Positions 1 through 13,299 of a DNA stretch of 64,000 nucleotides are shown here, one piece after another. Within the stretch, counting starts at the first letter, position 1. Each line of letters starts with the position of its first letter. The DNA lies in contig NC_086108.1 in NCBI RefSeq assembly GCF_963921235.1, positions 22,072,001 through 22,136,000 on the forward strand, in the 5' to 3' direction. The position numbers and the translations under genes were made by a program. The DNA is from Mobula hypostoma. Taxonomy: Eukaryota. The notes beneath the pieces are model-generated. The model was not told the DNA's origin and searched no databases. It saw only the letters and a program-made list of their open reading frames with translations.

Positions 1-840
1 AGGCTGTTGCTATTATGGCAGCGGGATGGGTGAGCGCGGATGTACTGGAAATGGAGGAGATGCAGGTGAGGGCAGTGTCAATAGTAGAGGGAAGGAGCTC
101 CTCCCTTTAAAGAAGGAGGGCAACTGTGATGTTCTGGAATTGAAATCCGTGTCCTAGTAACAGTTGCAGTGGAGGCAAAGAAGCTGAGAAAAGGGAATTG
201 TATTTTTACAGGAGATGGGTGAAGCAAAGTATAATCAGATAACCGTGGGAATCAGTAGGTTTATGAAAGATGTTGGTTGACAGTTTGTCTTCAAAGATGG
301 AGACACAGAGAACATGAAAGGGGAGAGGGGTGTCAGAGATGGACCAAGTGAATTTAAGGGCAGGGTAGAAGTTAAAGGGAAAGTTGATAAAAATTGGTGA
401 GCTCTGCATGGGTGCATGAAGCAGCGTTAATGCAATTGTCAATGTAGCAGAAGAAGAGGGGAAGTATTAAGGGAAAACCTCGAACATAGACTGTTCTATG
501 TAGCCAACGAAGAGACAGGCATTGCTGGGGCCCAGACAAATGCTCTAGGCTATCCCTCGTTTGGAGAAAGTGAGAGGAGCTGAAGGAAGAATTGTTCGGG
601 GTGAAGTCCAGTTCTGACAAACGGAGAGGGATGGTGGTAGAGTGGGATTGCTTGGTTCTTTTGTCAAGAAAGAAGCAGAGAGCTTTGAGGCATTCTTGAT
701 GGGAGATAGAATAGAAAAGTTTTGAACATCCTTGGTGAAGATGAAGCCGATAGGGACAAGGAATTGAAAGTTACTGAGGAGATTGAGGGCATGAGAAGTC
801 TCACTGATGTAGTTGGGAACAAACTGAACCAAGGGGATAG
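1..840 (-). mobile_element. Degenerate Penelope-like element RT fragment
   Basis: ORFs 206-898 give NFYPALKFTWSISDT, HKPTDSHGYL and FLQT, matching the PLE RT at 39761-40858. Frameshifted. Confidence 0.85.
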
Positions 841-2139
841 TTTGGATCTTTGGGTTGTAGAAATTACGAATTAAATAAAAAATATTGGGAATATACATCT
901 GTTAAGTCAACATTTATGGAAATTTTGATTTAACATGCCAAGTTAGGTGCTTACAAAAAGCTGCAATTAGTTTGTCATCAAGAGATACAGCATGGAAACC
1001 AAGCATCAACCATCTATTTATATAGATCCTGCATTAATCCGGTTGTTTTTAATTCTAGAGATACCTTTACTTCCCAAAAATCTTTGCACATCTTACGATT
1101 AAAAGACAAATCAATGATCAGTTGCTTGAACTGCTGAAAATTTGCATCATTTTCTGATGTTATTTTGTGTCTGCACAAATTTGCCTACATATTTTCCACT
1201 AATGCAGTGGTTCCCTTTGATGTGGGGTGTTGAACCCATTACAGGTTATACTTGGTCTCTGCTTGGACTACTTGTAAATGCGTCGTAAATAAAAGAGTGC
1301 AAAGCTAGATTCAGGATGCTCAAGGTCAGTGGGAACATAAGTGGTAAACAAAACAGAGTTGACATTTCAAATTAGGCACTTGTAATCAGGACTGGAAAAG
1401 AAGACGATAAATGTTATTTTTCAACTGCAGTAAAGGTGGTGAGTGGTGAGAACAAAGGGAGCATCTGTGATAGACTGCAGACCAGTTTTTTAAAACGAGG
1501 CAGATGGAGATATAAAAGAAAAGTGAAAGAAATTGGACCAGAACATGAAGAGACAGAAATGATTTTGAACTTAGAATTAGGATCACCTTCAACTTCATGC
1601 CTATTTCTGGCGGGAAGTTTTCAACCCTGACTGGCAACACCTCTTTCTTGCAATAAGCAATGGCTGTCAAGAAATCATGCATTGCCTCCCAAGCAGTTCT
1701 GATCTCCTTCCTTGAGACACTTCTCTTTATTGACTCTAGCTTGGTGGTGCTGCAATTTCCAAGATCCTACCTTGACTCTGCTTCTTTGTTTTTAGTGTAT
1801 TGTATTCAGTGCTCACAATATCCTTTGGAGATTGGATAAACCAAATACACATTGTGTGTCCACTTTGCAGAACATCCATCTAATCTACAAGAGTTTCCCT
1901 GAGATTTCATCCTCTTGTTACTTCATCTCTCTGGTCCAGTTTCTCCCTGCTCTCTCTACTTCCAGTCTTCTACATTGCTCCAATATTGTCTACCAAAAGC
2001 TCAAATAAGTTGCACTTCATTTTTTGTCTGGATATGTTGAAGTTTCTGAATCTACATTGAATTTAACAATTTTGGGTAACATGCTCTTGATATGGCTGTA
2101 CCTTTAATGTTTCTTCCCATCGCGTCATCCAGTGGTCCA

Positions 2140-2420
2140 AAGATGTTGCTGACCTGAGTTACAGGGAAATATTGAATAGGTTACGATTTTATTCCTCGGA
2201 GCATAGAAGAATGAAGGGAAATTTTATAAGTGGTATACATACTTATGAATGGAATAGATAGGGTAAATGAAAACAGTTTTTTTCCCCCACTAGGAATGGG
2301 TGAGACTCAAACTAGAGGTCTTGGATTTAGGGTGAAAGATAAAATACTTAAGGGAAGCATGAGGAGGATCTTCTTCACTGAGAGGGTGGTAAGTGTTGTG
2401 GAACAAGCTGCCAGTGGAAG
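2140..2420 (+). mobile_element. CR1 LINE 3' fragment
   Basis: ORF 2230-2442 GETQTRGLGFRV...FFTERVV resembles the CR1 ORF2 C-terminus (SRTRGHSLRIRG...FFTQRVV). Confidence 0.7.
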
Positions 2421-3214
2421 TGAAGAAAATAGGTTAATTTAGGAAACAGGACCTTTCCATTTCTGCGAGATTATCTCAACGAGTAGCCTTCAATTTTGAT
2501 GTGAATTAAAATTTTGTGTGATGCTTATTGTAGCTCATGTTATTTTCTGAATTGGTATCGATTGTTTGGTGCTGTCAGCATAGATTCCAATCTGATGTTT
2601 TAGTGTAGTACTGAAAGATTGCTGTTCTTCTAGCATTGCCATACTTAGAATGTGATGTTAAAAATTGGTTTTCCATCTCAGCTGGATGTAAATAACGCTG
2701 CAATTGTGTTGGAATGCCAGGGAACGTGTTTCCTTTCACCAGAAAAATATTCTTCCCTCAACCAACATTAGATTACGTGATCATTGTCACATAGCTATTA
2801 CTGGGGTCTTCCTTTTTGCAAACAACTTTTTTCTTTAAGACAATCCACCCAGCTGCAAAAGTTGTTATAGAAGGGCTTCTTTTATTTTTGTTCTATCTTT
2901 AAATATTACTTATTCAGTTATGATGTCACAATGTCCACTTGAATGAGTGGTTGACATACACAGCTCCATTTCTCAATCTCAAACTATTTGCAGTTGCAGC
3001 ACATTTTGCAATATTATATTCTTGCCCATCAATAATGGAAGACTTATGAATTAATAAGCAGTCCCACTTTGGTCACAGGATGATAGCTGAGATAAGACAT
3101 GATATTTCTGTAAATCAATAGTTGGATAGATGGGATATGTATACTCTTGATAAATCTACAGTTGCTGGAATCTGGTGATGTCATTGAGAAAGGCTCTTTT
3201 GATTGTATTATATA

Positions 3215-4816
3215 CAGGTGTCCCCGCCTTTTCGAACATTCGCTTTATGACACCTCGCTGTTACGAAAGACCTACATTAGTTACCTGTTTTCGCTAACAG
3301 AAGGTGTTTTCAATATTACGAGAAAAGGCAGCGCACGCCCTGAGCAGCCAAGCACCTCCCCCGGAACTGCATTCTAGCCGGCATTCCTTAAACACGTGCC
3401 TGTGAGCATCTGTGCTTTATGTCGATTTATTTTGAGCATCCGTTAGCAAGGTGAGTTCTAAGGTATCGGAAAAAGCCTAAAAGAGCTCGTAAGGGTGTTA
3501 CACTTAGCGTAAAACTAGACATAATTAAGCGTTTCGATCATGGTGAACGGAGTAAGGACAAAGTGAGTTTGGCTTGTGGAAGCTGACGAAGATGATGTTG
3601 AAGAGGTTTTGGTATCCCATGACCAAGAACTGCTAGATGAAGAGCTGATGCAATTGGAAGAGGAAAGGATAACAATTGAAACCGAATGCAGTAGCGAAAT
3701 GAACGTGAAGCAACTGCATGAGATTTTTGCTGCAATGATAAAGTACGACTTTAATTTTGAAAGGGTACGTAGCTTTAGGGCATATTTGCAGGATGGTTTG
3801 AGTGCTTACAAAGAACTGTATGATAGAAAAATGCACGAGGCTAAACAGTCAAGCATACTGTCGATTTTCAAGCCTTCCACAGCAGACGACGAACCTCGAC
3901 CTTCGACATCGAGGCAGGCAGACATAGAAGATGACCTGCCTGCCCTGATGGAAACAGATGACGAAGAGATGACACCCCAGTTTCCCACCACCCCAATCTC
4001 CAGGCTGCAGAGCTGCCACGAAGAATGCAGTGGTGCAGCAGTAGCCGGAACGCACGCAGCACATCTTTAAGAAAAAAGCCTAAATAAGCAAGCTAATTAA
4101 TTAGGTGCCAGCTGGCAAGTAAATATTGGCCTAGATCAGAGGTGATGCAATGGGCAATCGCTCATGATATCCTGATCTGGGCCGACATTTATGTGCCTGG
4201 TTGCACCTAATTAATTAGCTTGTTTATTTCGGCTTTTTTCTTAACGAAGTGTTGGGTGCGTCCCGGCCACCGCTGCACCCCTGCGTGCTTCGGGGATCGG
4301 TATCGGTCCACGGCCTGGAGGTTGGGGACCACTGCACCACCCCAACCTCCTACGACTCAGCCTAACACACCATCATCAGTGTGCTCGGTGCTGTCTTCCG
4401 GATTCAAGTAAGTGATATCACACTGTACATACATTATTTCTACTTTATATAGGCTGTGTATTTTTGTGTGTTATTTGGTATGATTTGGCAGCTTCATAGC
4501 TTAAGGTTACTGGAGAGAGTGATCTTGCCGAGAGCACTTGCGTGAGATTTTCGCTACGGTGGACAGTGCAGCAATGATTGTAGAAAAGTATTTCTACCTT
4601 ATATAGGCTGTGTATTTAACATGTCATTCCTGCTTTTACTATATGTTACTGTTATTTTAGGTTTATGTGTTATTTGGCATGATTTGGTATAGGTCTGCGA
4701 ATGCTCACAAATCTTTCCCATATAAATAAATGGTAATTGCTTCTTCACTTTATGACATTCTGGCTTACAAACCGTTTCATAGGAACGCTCTACCTTCGGA
4801 TGGCGGGGGGAACCTG
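3215..4816 (+). mobile_element. Tigger/pogo-like DNA transposon, deleted derivative (copy 1)
   Basis: TA|caggtgtccccgcc ... ggcggggggaacctg|TA terminal inverted repeats (TIRs) with TA TSD. Acidic transposase C-terminal remnant (ORF 3576-4070). Internal palindrome. Confidence 0.85.
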
Positions 4817-4891
4817 TATATGTGTGTATATGTGTATATAGTGCCTATAAAAAGTATTTCCCCCTTGCAAATTTTCGTATTTTATTGTTTA

Positions 4892-6489
4892 CAGGTTTCC
4901 CCCACCATCCGAAGGTAGAGCGTTCCTATGAAACGGTTTGTAAGCCGAAATGTCGTAAAGCGAAGAAGCAATTATCATTTATTTATATGGGAAAATTTTG
5001 TTAGCGTTCGCAGACCCAAAAATAACCTACCAAATCATGCCAAGTAACACAAAAAACCTAAAATAACAGTAACATATAGTGAAAGCAGGAATGATAAGAT
5101 AAGTACACAGCCAATATAAAGCAGAAGTACTTCTCTACACCGACTGCCTGCACAGATCTCCGTAGCGAAAATCTCATGCAAGCGCTCTCGGCAGAAAATC
5201 TCACACAAGCGTTGTTGGCATAAACGCGCTCTCCAGTAACCTTTAAACTATGAAGCTGCCAAATCTACCAAATAACACGTAAAAACGCACAGCCTATATA
5301 AAGTAGAAATAATGTATGTACAGTATAGTATCACTTACCGGAATTGGGAAAACAGCGCCGAGCACACTGATGATGGTGTGTTAGACTGAGTCATCGCAGG
5401 CTGGGTGGTGCAGTGGCCCCCAACCTCCGGGCTGCTGACTGGGTACATTGCCGCGAAGAATGCAGCGGTAGCCGGGAGGCACACAGCACATCTTTAAGAT
5501 AAAAGCCGAAATAAACATGCTAATTAATTAGGTGCTGCCCGGCACGTAAATGTCGGCGCAGATCAGAGGCGATTACTGATTGCATCGCTTCTGATCTGGG
5601 CTGACAATTACGTGCTAGGCGGCACCTAATTAATTAGCATGTTTATTTCGGCTTTTATCTTAAAGATGTGCTGTGTGCCTCCCGGCTACCGCTGCGTTCT
5701 TCGCGAATTGGTACAGTATCTGTCCTGGGCCAGGGTGTTGGGACACGGGGGTGTCATCTCATCGTTGATCAGGGCAGGCAGCTCATCTTCTCCAATACTG
5801 CCCGCCTCGATGTCGAAGGTCAAGGTTCATCGTCTGCTGTGGCTGATGTGGAAGGCTTGCATGACTGCTGAGCCTCGTGCATTTTTCTATCATACAGTCG
5901 TTTGTAAGCACTCAAACCATCCTGCAAATATCCCCTAAACCTACGTACCCTTTCAAAATTAAAGTTGTACTTTATCATTGCAGCGAAAATCTCACGCAGT
6001 TGCTTCACTTTCTGCATTCAGTTGCATTTGGTTTCGATTATTATCCTTTCCTCTTCCAATTGCATCAGCTCTTCGTCTATCACTTCTTGGTCATGGGATG
6101 CCAAAACCTCTTCAACATCATCTTCGTCAACTTCCACAAGCCAAACTCACTTTGTCCTTGCTTTGTTCACCACGATCAAAATGCTTAATTATGTCTAGTT
6201 TTACGCTAAGTGTAACACCCTTACTCTTTCAGGCTTTTCCGACACCTTAGAACTCATCTTGCTAACGGCTGCTCAATGCAACGTTTTTAAGCAATGCCGT
6301 TCCAAATCCAGGGCAGAGCGGCTGCTCGGGGCGCATGCTGCCTTTTATCGCGCACTGATTTTTTATCGTGTGCTGCCTTTCTTCGTAACAGTGAAAACAC
6401 CTTCTGAAAGTGAAAACAGGGTACTAATGTAGGTCTTCCGTAACAGTGAGGTTTCGTAAAGCGAATGTTCGAAAAGCGGGGGACACCTG
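4892..6489 (-). mobile_element. Tigger/pogo-like DNA transposon (copy 2), inserted in the left TIR of a Tc1 element
   Basis: TA|caggtttcccccacc ... cgggggacacctg|TA. Reverse-complement homologue of 3215-4816; ORF 5820-6017 matches 3576-4070. Confidence 0.85.
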
Positions 6490-7920
6490 TACAACATTGT
6501 ATCACAGTGGTTTTAATTTGACTCTTTTGACACTGATCAACAGAAAAAGACTCTTTAGTGAAAACAGATCTCCACAAAGTGATCTAAATTAATTACAAGT
6601 ATAAAACACAAAATAATTGATCGCATAAGTATACACCTTCTTCAAGTCAGTATCTAGTAGATGCACCTTTGGCAGCAATTACAGTCTTGAGTCTGTGTGG
6701 ATAGGTCTCTAACAGCTTTGCACATCTGGACACTGCAATTTTTCCCATTCTTCTTTACAAAACTGCTCAAGCTCTGTCAAATTGCGTGGGGATCGTGAGT
6801 GAACAGCTCTTTTCAAGTACAACCACAAATTCTCAATGGGATTGAGGTCTGGACTCTGGTCTCCAGGACATTAAATTTGTTTTTTTTTTAAAAGCCATTC
6901 CTGTGTAGCTTTGACTTTATGCTTGGGGTCATTGTCTTGCTGGAAAACAAATCTTCTCCCAAGTTGCAGTTCTTTTGCAGACTGCATCAGGTTTTCCTCC
7001 AGGGTTTCCCTATATTTTACTGCATTTATTTTACCCCCTACCTTCACAAGCCTTCCAGTGCCTGCTGCAGTGAAGCATCCCCGCAGTATGATGCAGCCAC
7101 CACCATACTTCATGGTAAGGATGGTGTGTTTTTAATGACGTGCAGTGTTTGGCTTACACCAAACATAGCATTGAGTGATGGCCAAAAAGCTCAATTCTGG
7201 TTTCCTCAGACCGCAGAACCTTTTTCCAGCTGACTTCAGAGTTTCTCACTTACCTTCTGACAAACTCTGGCTCAGATTTCATGTGAGTTTTTTTTTCAAC
7301 AGTCTTTCTCTTTGCCATAAAGCTGTGACTGGTGAAGCACCTAAGCAACAGTTGCATGCACAGTCTCGCCCATCTCAGCCGTTGAAGCTTGTGACTCCTC
7401 GATAGGTCTCTTGGTGGTCTCCCTCACTAGTCTCCTTCTTGCATGGCTGCTCAGTTTTTGAGGACAGCCTGCTCTAGGCAGATTTACAGCTGTGCCATAT
7501 TCTTTTCATTTCTTGACAATTGAGTTAACTGTACGCCAAAGGATATCTGATGACTTGGAAATTTTCTTGTCTTCATCTCCTAACTTGTGCTTTTCAATAA
7601 CCTTTTCATGGAGTGGCTTGGAATGTTCTCTAGTCTTCATGGTGTAGCTTTTGCCAGGACACTGACTCACCAGCAGTTGGACCTTCCAGATACAGTTATA
7701 TTTTTACTTAAATCAATTGAAACATCTTGACTGCACACAGGTCTCCAAAAACAAATGTCTATTTAACTAATTATGAGACTTTTAAAACCAATTGGCTGTG
7801 CTAGTGATGATCTGATGTGTCATATTAAGGGGGGGGGGGTGAATACTTATGTAATTAATTATTTTGTGTTTTATGTTTGTGATTAATTTAGATCACTTTG
7901 TAGAGATCTGTTTCTCCTTT

Positions 7921-10657
7921 GACAATAGCCAATAGGTGCAGGAGTAGGCCATTTGTCACGTTGAGCCAGCACCACCATTCACTGTGAACATGGCTGATAT
8001 TCCACAATCAGTATCCAGTTCCTGCCTTATCCCCATAACCTTTGATTCCGCTATCTTTAAGAGCTCTATCCATCTCTATCTTGAAAGCATCCAGAGACTT
8101 GGCCTCCACAGCCTTCTGGGGTAGAGCATTCCATATATCCACCACTCTCTGGGTGAAAAAGTTTTTCCTCAACTCCATTCTAAATGGCCTACCCCTTATT
8201 CTTAAACTGTGGCCTCTGGTTCTGGACTCACCCATCAGCGGGAACATGTTTCCTGTCTCCAGTGTGTCCAATCCCTTAATAACCTAATATGTTTCAATAA
8301 GATCCCCTCTTAGCCTTCTAAATTCCAGAGTATACAAGCCCAGTCGCTCCAATCTTTCGACATATGACAGTCCCGCCATCCCGGGAATTAACCTTGTGAA
8401 CCTACGCTGCAGTCCCTCAATAGCAAGAATGTCTTTCCTCAAATTTGGAGACCAAAACTGCACACAGTACTCCAGGTGTGGTCTCACCAGGGCCCTGTAC
8501 AACTGCAGAAGGACCTCTTTGCTCTTATACTCAATTCCCCTTGTTATGAAGGCCAGCATGCCATTAGCTTTCTTCACTGCCTGCTGTACTTGCATGCTTG
8601 CTTTCAGTGACTGATGTACAAGAACACCTACATCTCGTTGTACTTCCCCTTTTCCTAACTTGACTCCATTTAGATAATAATCTGCCTTCCTGTTCTTACC
8701 ACCAAAGTGGATAACCGCACATTTATCCACATTAAACTGCATCTGCCCACTCAGCCAGCCTGTCTGGTGTTGGATAGGCTGTTGGGTCTGAAGGCTGATA
8801 AGTCCCCGGGACCTGATGGTCTGCATCCCAAAGTACTTAAGGAGGTGGCTTTAGAAATTGTGGATGCATTGGTAATCATTTTCCAATGTTCTATAGATTC
8901 AGGATCAGTTCCTGTGGATTGGAGGGTGGCTAATGTTGTCCCTCTCTTCAAGAAGGGAGGAAGAGAGAAAACAGGGAATTATAGACCGGTTAGCCTGACG
9001 TCAGTGGTGGGAAAGATGCTGGAGTCAATTATAAAATATGAAATTACGACACATCTGGATAGTAGTAACAGGATTGGTCCAAGTCAGCATGGATTTACGA
9101 AGGGGAAATCGTGCTTGACTAATATTTTGGAATTTTTTGAGGATGTAACTATGAAAATGGATAAGGGAGATCCAGTGGATGTAGTGTACCTGGACTTTCA
9201 GAAAGCCTTTGATAAAGTCCCACATAGGAGATTAGTGGGCAAAATTAGGGCACATGGTATTGGGGGGCAGAGTACTGACATGGATTGAAAATTGGCTGGC
9301 TGACAGAAAACAAAGAGTAGCGATTAATGGGTCCCTTTCAGAATGGCAGGCGGTGACCAGTGGGGTACCGCAGGGTTCAGTGCTGGGACTGCAGCTCTTT
9401 ACAATATATATTAATGATTTAGATGAGGGAATTAAAAGTAACATTAGCAAATTTGCTGATGACACAAAGCTGGGAGGCAGTGTGAAATGTGAGGAGGATG
9501 TTATGAGAATGCAGGGTGACTTGGACAAGCTGGGTAAGTGGGTGGATGCATGGCAGATGCAGTTTAATGTGGATAAATGTGAGGTTATCCAATTTGGTGG
9601 TAAAAACGGGAAGGCAGATTATTATCCAAATGGAATCAAGTTAGGAAAAGGGGAAGTACAACGAGATCTAGGTGTTCTTGTACATCAGTCACTGAAAGCA
9701 AGCATGCAAGTACAGCAGGCAGTGAAAAAAGCTAATGGTATGCTGGCCTTCATAACAAGGGGAATTGAGTATAAGAGCAAGGAGGTCCTTCTGCAGTTGT
9801 ACAGGGCCCTGGTAAGACCACACCTGGAGTACTGTGTGCAGCTTTGGTCTCCAAATTTGAGGAAGGACATTCTTGCTATTGAGGGAGTGCAGCGTAGGTT
9901 CACAAGGTTAATTCCCGGGATGGCGGGACTGTCATATGTCGAAAGATTGGAGCGACTGGGCTTGTATACTCTGGAATTTAGAAGGCTGAGAGGGGATCTT
10001 ATTGAAACATATAAGATTTTTAAGGGATTGGACACGCTGCAGGCAGGAAACATGTTCCCGCTGATGGGTGAGTCCAGAACCAGAGGCCACAGTTTAAGAA
10101 TAAGGGGTAGGCCATTTAGAATGGAGTTGAGGAAAAACTTTTTCACCCAGAGAGTGGTGGATATATGGAATGCTCTGCCCCAGAAGTCTGTGGAGGCCAA
10201 GTCTCTGGATGCTTTCAAGATAGAGATGGATAGAGCTCTTAAAGATAGCGGAATCAAAGGTTATGGGGAGAAGGCAGGAACTGGATACTGATAGTGGATG
10301 ATCAGCCATGATCACAGTGAATGGCGGTGCTGGCTCGAAGGGCCGAATGGCCTACTCCTGCACCTATTGTCTATTGTCTATTGTCTATTGTCCAAGTCAC
10401 CCTGCATTCTCATAACATCCTCCTCACATTTCACACTGCTATCCAGCTTTGTGTCATCGGCAAATTTGCTAATGTTACTTTTAATTCCCTCATCTATATC
10501 ATTAATATATATTGTAAACAGCTGCAGTCCCAGCACTGAACCCTGCAGTACCCCACTGGTCACCGCCTGCCATTCCAAAAGGGACCCGTTAATCACTACT
10601 CTTTGTTTTCTGTCAGCCAGCCAATTTTCAATCCATGTCAGTACTCTGCCCCCAATA
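7921..10657 (-). mobile_element. 5'-truncated CR1 LINE, split into 7921-8764 and 10389-10657 by a nested CR1
   Basis: Tail gacaatag at 7921. ORFs 8008-8271, 8284-8826 and 10378-10731 encode CR1 RT and C-terminus (PQGSVLG-like motif, KFADDTKL, LVRPHLEYCVQFWSP). Contiguous across the insertion when compared with 51341-51370. Confidence 0.9.
8765..10392 (+). mobile_element. 5'-truncated CR1 LINE nested antiparallel in a same-family CR1
   Basis: ORFs 8707-9288 and 9254-10291 give RT motifs NYRPVSLTS, QHGF, LDFQKAFDKVPH, GVPQGSVLG and FADD, with one frameshift near 9265. (CTATTGT)n tail at 10364-10391. Confidence 0.95.
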
Positions 10658-10732
10658 AAGAGCCTTTTTCTGTTGATCAGTGTCAGAAAAGCCAAATTAA
10701 ATCCACTGTGATTCAATGTTGTAGATAGCATG

Positions 10733-11170
10733 TGTGCTAAGACTTTTGCACAGTACTATATTTGTCAAAGTGGAGTGGAGAGCAAGTTTGTAAATCTGGT
10801 GGGAGGAAAGAATGTTGGGAATGGCGAGGGTGGCAGAGGCCACAGGAGGGGTGTGGGATAGGTAGCAGAAAAAGAGTACGAGGCTGGTGTAGGTGCAGAC
10901 ATACTCAGCCCTGAGACACCAGGCAAGGTCATTTGATTCCAAACTATTGGTTTATTGATCATTACAGAATGTCTCCCTTCTCCTTTCCCAACTATAATTC
11001 CCTTCTCCCTACCCCTCCCAATCTCAGTCCACAAAAGAGACCCATATCAGAATCAGGTTTATCATCACTCATTATTATCAGCAGTACATAAGACATAACT
11101 ACTACAGTACTGTACAAAAGTTTTAGGCATGCTAGTTATATAAATGTGCCCAGTCTTTTGCACAGTACTT
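10733..11170. mobile_element. Tc1/mariner-type terminal remnants and mini-MITE
   Basis: aagacttttgcacagtact at ~10739, cagtactgtacaaaagttttaggca at ~11105 and gtcttttgcacagtact at ~11153. The last two form an inverted pair. Confidence 0.4.
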
Positions 11171-12519
11171 ACACACACACTATCTCTCTCTTTTATTTAT
11201 ATATACATATATAATATCTGTGAAAGGGTGCAAATGTGCTCTCGTAAGTAATGAGTAGTAAAGTAGTGATGTAACTTAACAGTCTTGAATCAAGTGCAGT
11301 CCAATATTGTTTTGCCTTGTTTGCTAGAATGATCGAACATCCACTGACAGCACTTTAGGAGTAACACAATGATTTCAACGTAATAGTGAAATTAATTTAA
11401 ATTTGGTGTTTAAATTAATATACTTTACCTGTACCCCTATAAGTTTTCTGCTTCTGTAGTTTTTTACTTCTGTGTCCACTGAGTGCACAGAAGAGAAGGT
11501 CAAAGATAATGCAAAGTAATGGATGTGTAGAACAGTACTTGAAGCGCAGCACATCCGCAGGAAAAGGTTCAAGTAAATTGAAGTGCAATGTCTACAGTAT
11601 GTAAATATTTTTTCTCTCTTTGAACATTTTCATCTTTATGCCATTTCATTTTTCCCACTTTGTCTGTGTATGTTCCCAGCATTAACTTTTTGTCCTTTAT
11701 CTTATTACCTCATCTGAGACAAAGCAAGAAGATTGGATCATCAATCAGTTTGGGGCAGATTATTCATTTAATTGTGGCTCATTAAAAGGGTTGGAAGCAA
11801 GTCATAAATAAGATATTTTACACTATTTTCTCATTTATTTCTCTGCTATTCCACCTCTTGCAAGATTTGACTGATACTTGACCCATTTATCCTTCTCTGC
11901 TTCAATGCCATGAATCTGCTTTGCTTTCTGTTGCTGCCATCACGTTAGACTGAGGATTTGGATTTAATGCTTTTTCTGTGTATATCTTTGTACTGTATCA
12001 TAAAGTCTGTGCCTATTCTGCTGGGCTTTCAAATAAAAAGGAATTTCTCACGGAGAAATAATGGATGAAAACTCACTGTCATGTGTCTTTATTGTGTGTT
12101 TTTTTAAATAATAGATTAAATGAAGAGGGCAGTGTTGTATAGAAAGAGTCAATCTTCTAGGTAATATATGCTGAAATTACGAAAAGCATATTGTTAACTA
12201 CATTGTAAATAGCAATTCATTGGTGTCATCAATAGCAATGGGTATGTTCTCTTCAGCATTGAAAATAACTGGATGGGTAGCAGCCCTATCTCTGTTATTG
12301 AGTTCTGAGTGAATTAGGTTATCAATAGCATTGTGCTGTTAATTGTCCTTTTTGTCAAGGAAGATAGGTAGTTGTTTCTTTTAACCTTGTACATTGTCCT
12401 TTTATCATGTGAAGTGTTTTACTGTTATTAATGATCTGCCGTTTTGAGCACAATTGTTGATGGTCCACGGTTCTGCACCTCTCCCAAAATGTTCAAGTCG
12501 GAGAATAAGGTTCAACTGA

Positions 12520-12880
12520 ATGGAAACAAACACTTTTAGCCCACTGAATCCAAGCACCCATCTACATGAATTCCATTTTTGTTCTCCTCTCGTTTCTATC
12601 CACTAACCTACACAAATGGGATCAATTTGCGGTGGCAAATTGCATGTCTTTGGGATATGAGAGGAAACACATAATGTTCACTGGGAGAATGTGCAAACTC
12701 CACACAGTCAACACTGAAGATCAGTCATACGTAGGTTGCTAGAACTGTGAGGCAGCAGCTCTACCAGCTATGGCAATATGGGAGGAAACTCAGAACATTA
12801 CCGCCAGAATGTACAAATTCTATGCAGACAGCACTGGGGTTCACGATTGCAGGAACAGTGAAGCAACAATTGTGCCACTG
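12520..12880 (-). mobile_element. Degenerate tRNA-derived SINE(s)
   Basis: gggagaatgtgcaaactccacacag and gaggaaactcagaaca motifs are antisense to the SINE core at 15470-15730. Confidence 0.5.
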
Positions 12881-13299
12881 CACTTGTAACTTGCTGTTGA
12901 CTTTACCTACAAATAAATTAGCCAGCCATATCTATCTTAAACGTATAGCCTCAGTATGTTTTTTTCTGAACTGCAACTTGAAGTAAGTGACCAACAGATT
13001 TAATGCCCATGTCACTGGATGTTACAAAATCTGTTTTTTAACCTCTCCGGTTCAGATCCAGTGATAGACTTGAAAAAATTTTCTGCGCTGCTGAACCTGA
13101 AATGAAGTGAGTTCAGAACAGTAAGTGTAGTTCATAATGGAAAAACAGAAAAGTAAAGTAAAGCTACCTCGTTACTTAAGAAACACCCAAGGGCTTTGAG
13201 AACTAGTAAAGCACTGTCTTGAATTTGTCCAATTCTCAAAGCTGTAGGAATTCAATTATCTCTGAAATTCTCTACCACTCAAAGGATTTTTTAGAAGTT

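Larger units (their letters stand above)
4839..10723 (-). mobile_element. Tc1-family transposon with long TIRs, interrupted by Tigger and CR1 insertions
   Basis: Transposase remnant KYGGGCIILRGCFTAAGTGRL...FQQDNDPKHK (6871-7113). Left TIR is 4839-4891 plus 6490-~6640. Right TIR is ~7830-7923 plus 10658-10723 (ctgttgatcagtgtca, ccactgtgattcaatgttgta), the reverse complement of the left. Confidence 0.8.

Noticed and set aside
9685..10257. 190-aa ORF and similar repeated ORFs (8042, 50624, 50791)
   Set aside because: Antisense frames of CR1 ORF2; they recur only because the LINE recurs.
11460..11605. Possible small exon (MQSNGCVEQYLKRSTSAGKG...)
   Set aside because: No similarity to the expected upstream RasGAP exon; the nearby weak donors do not give the phase 0 needed for the 28977 exon.
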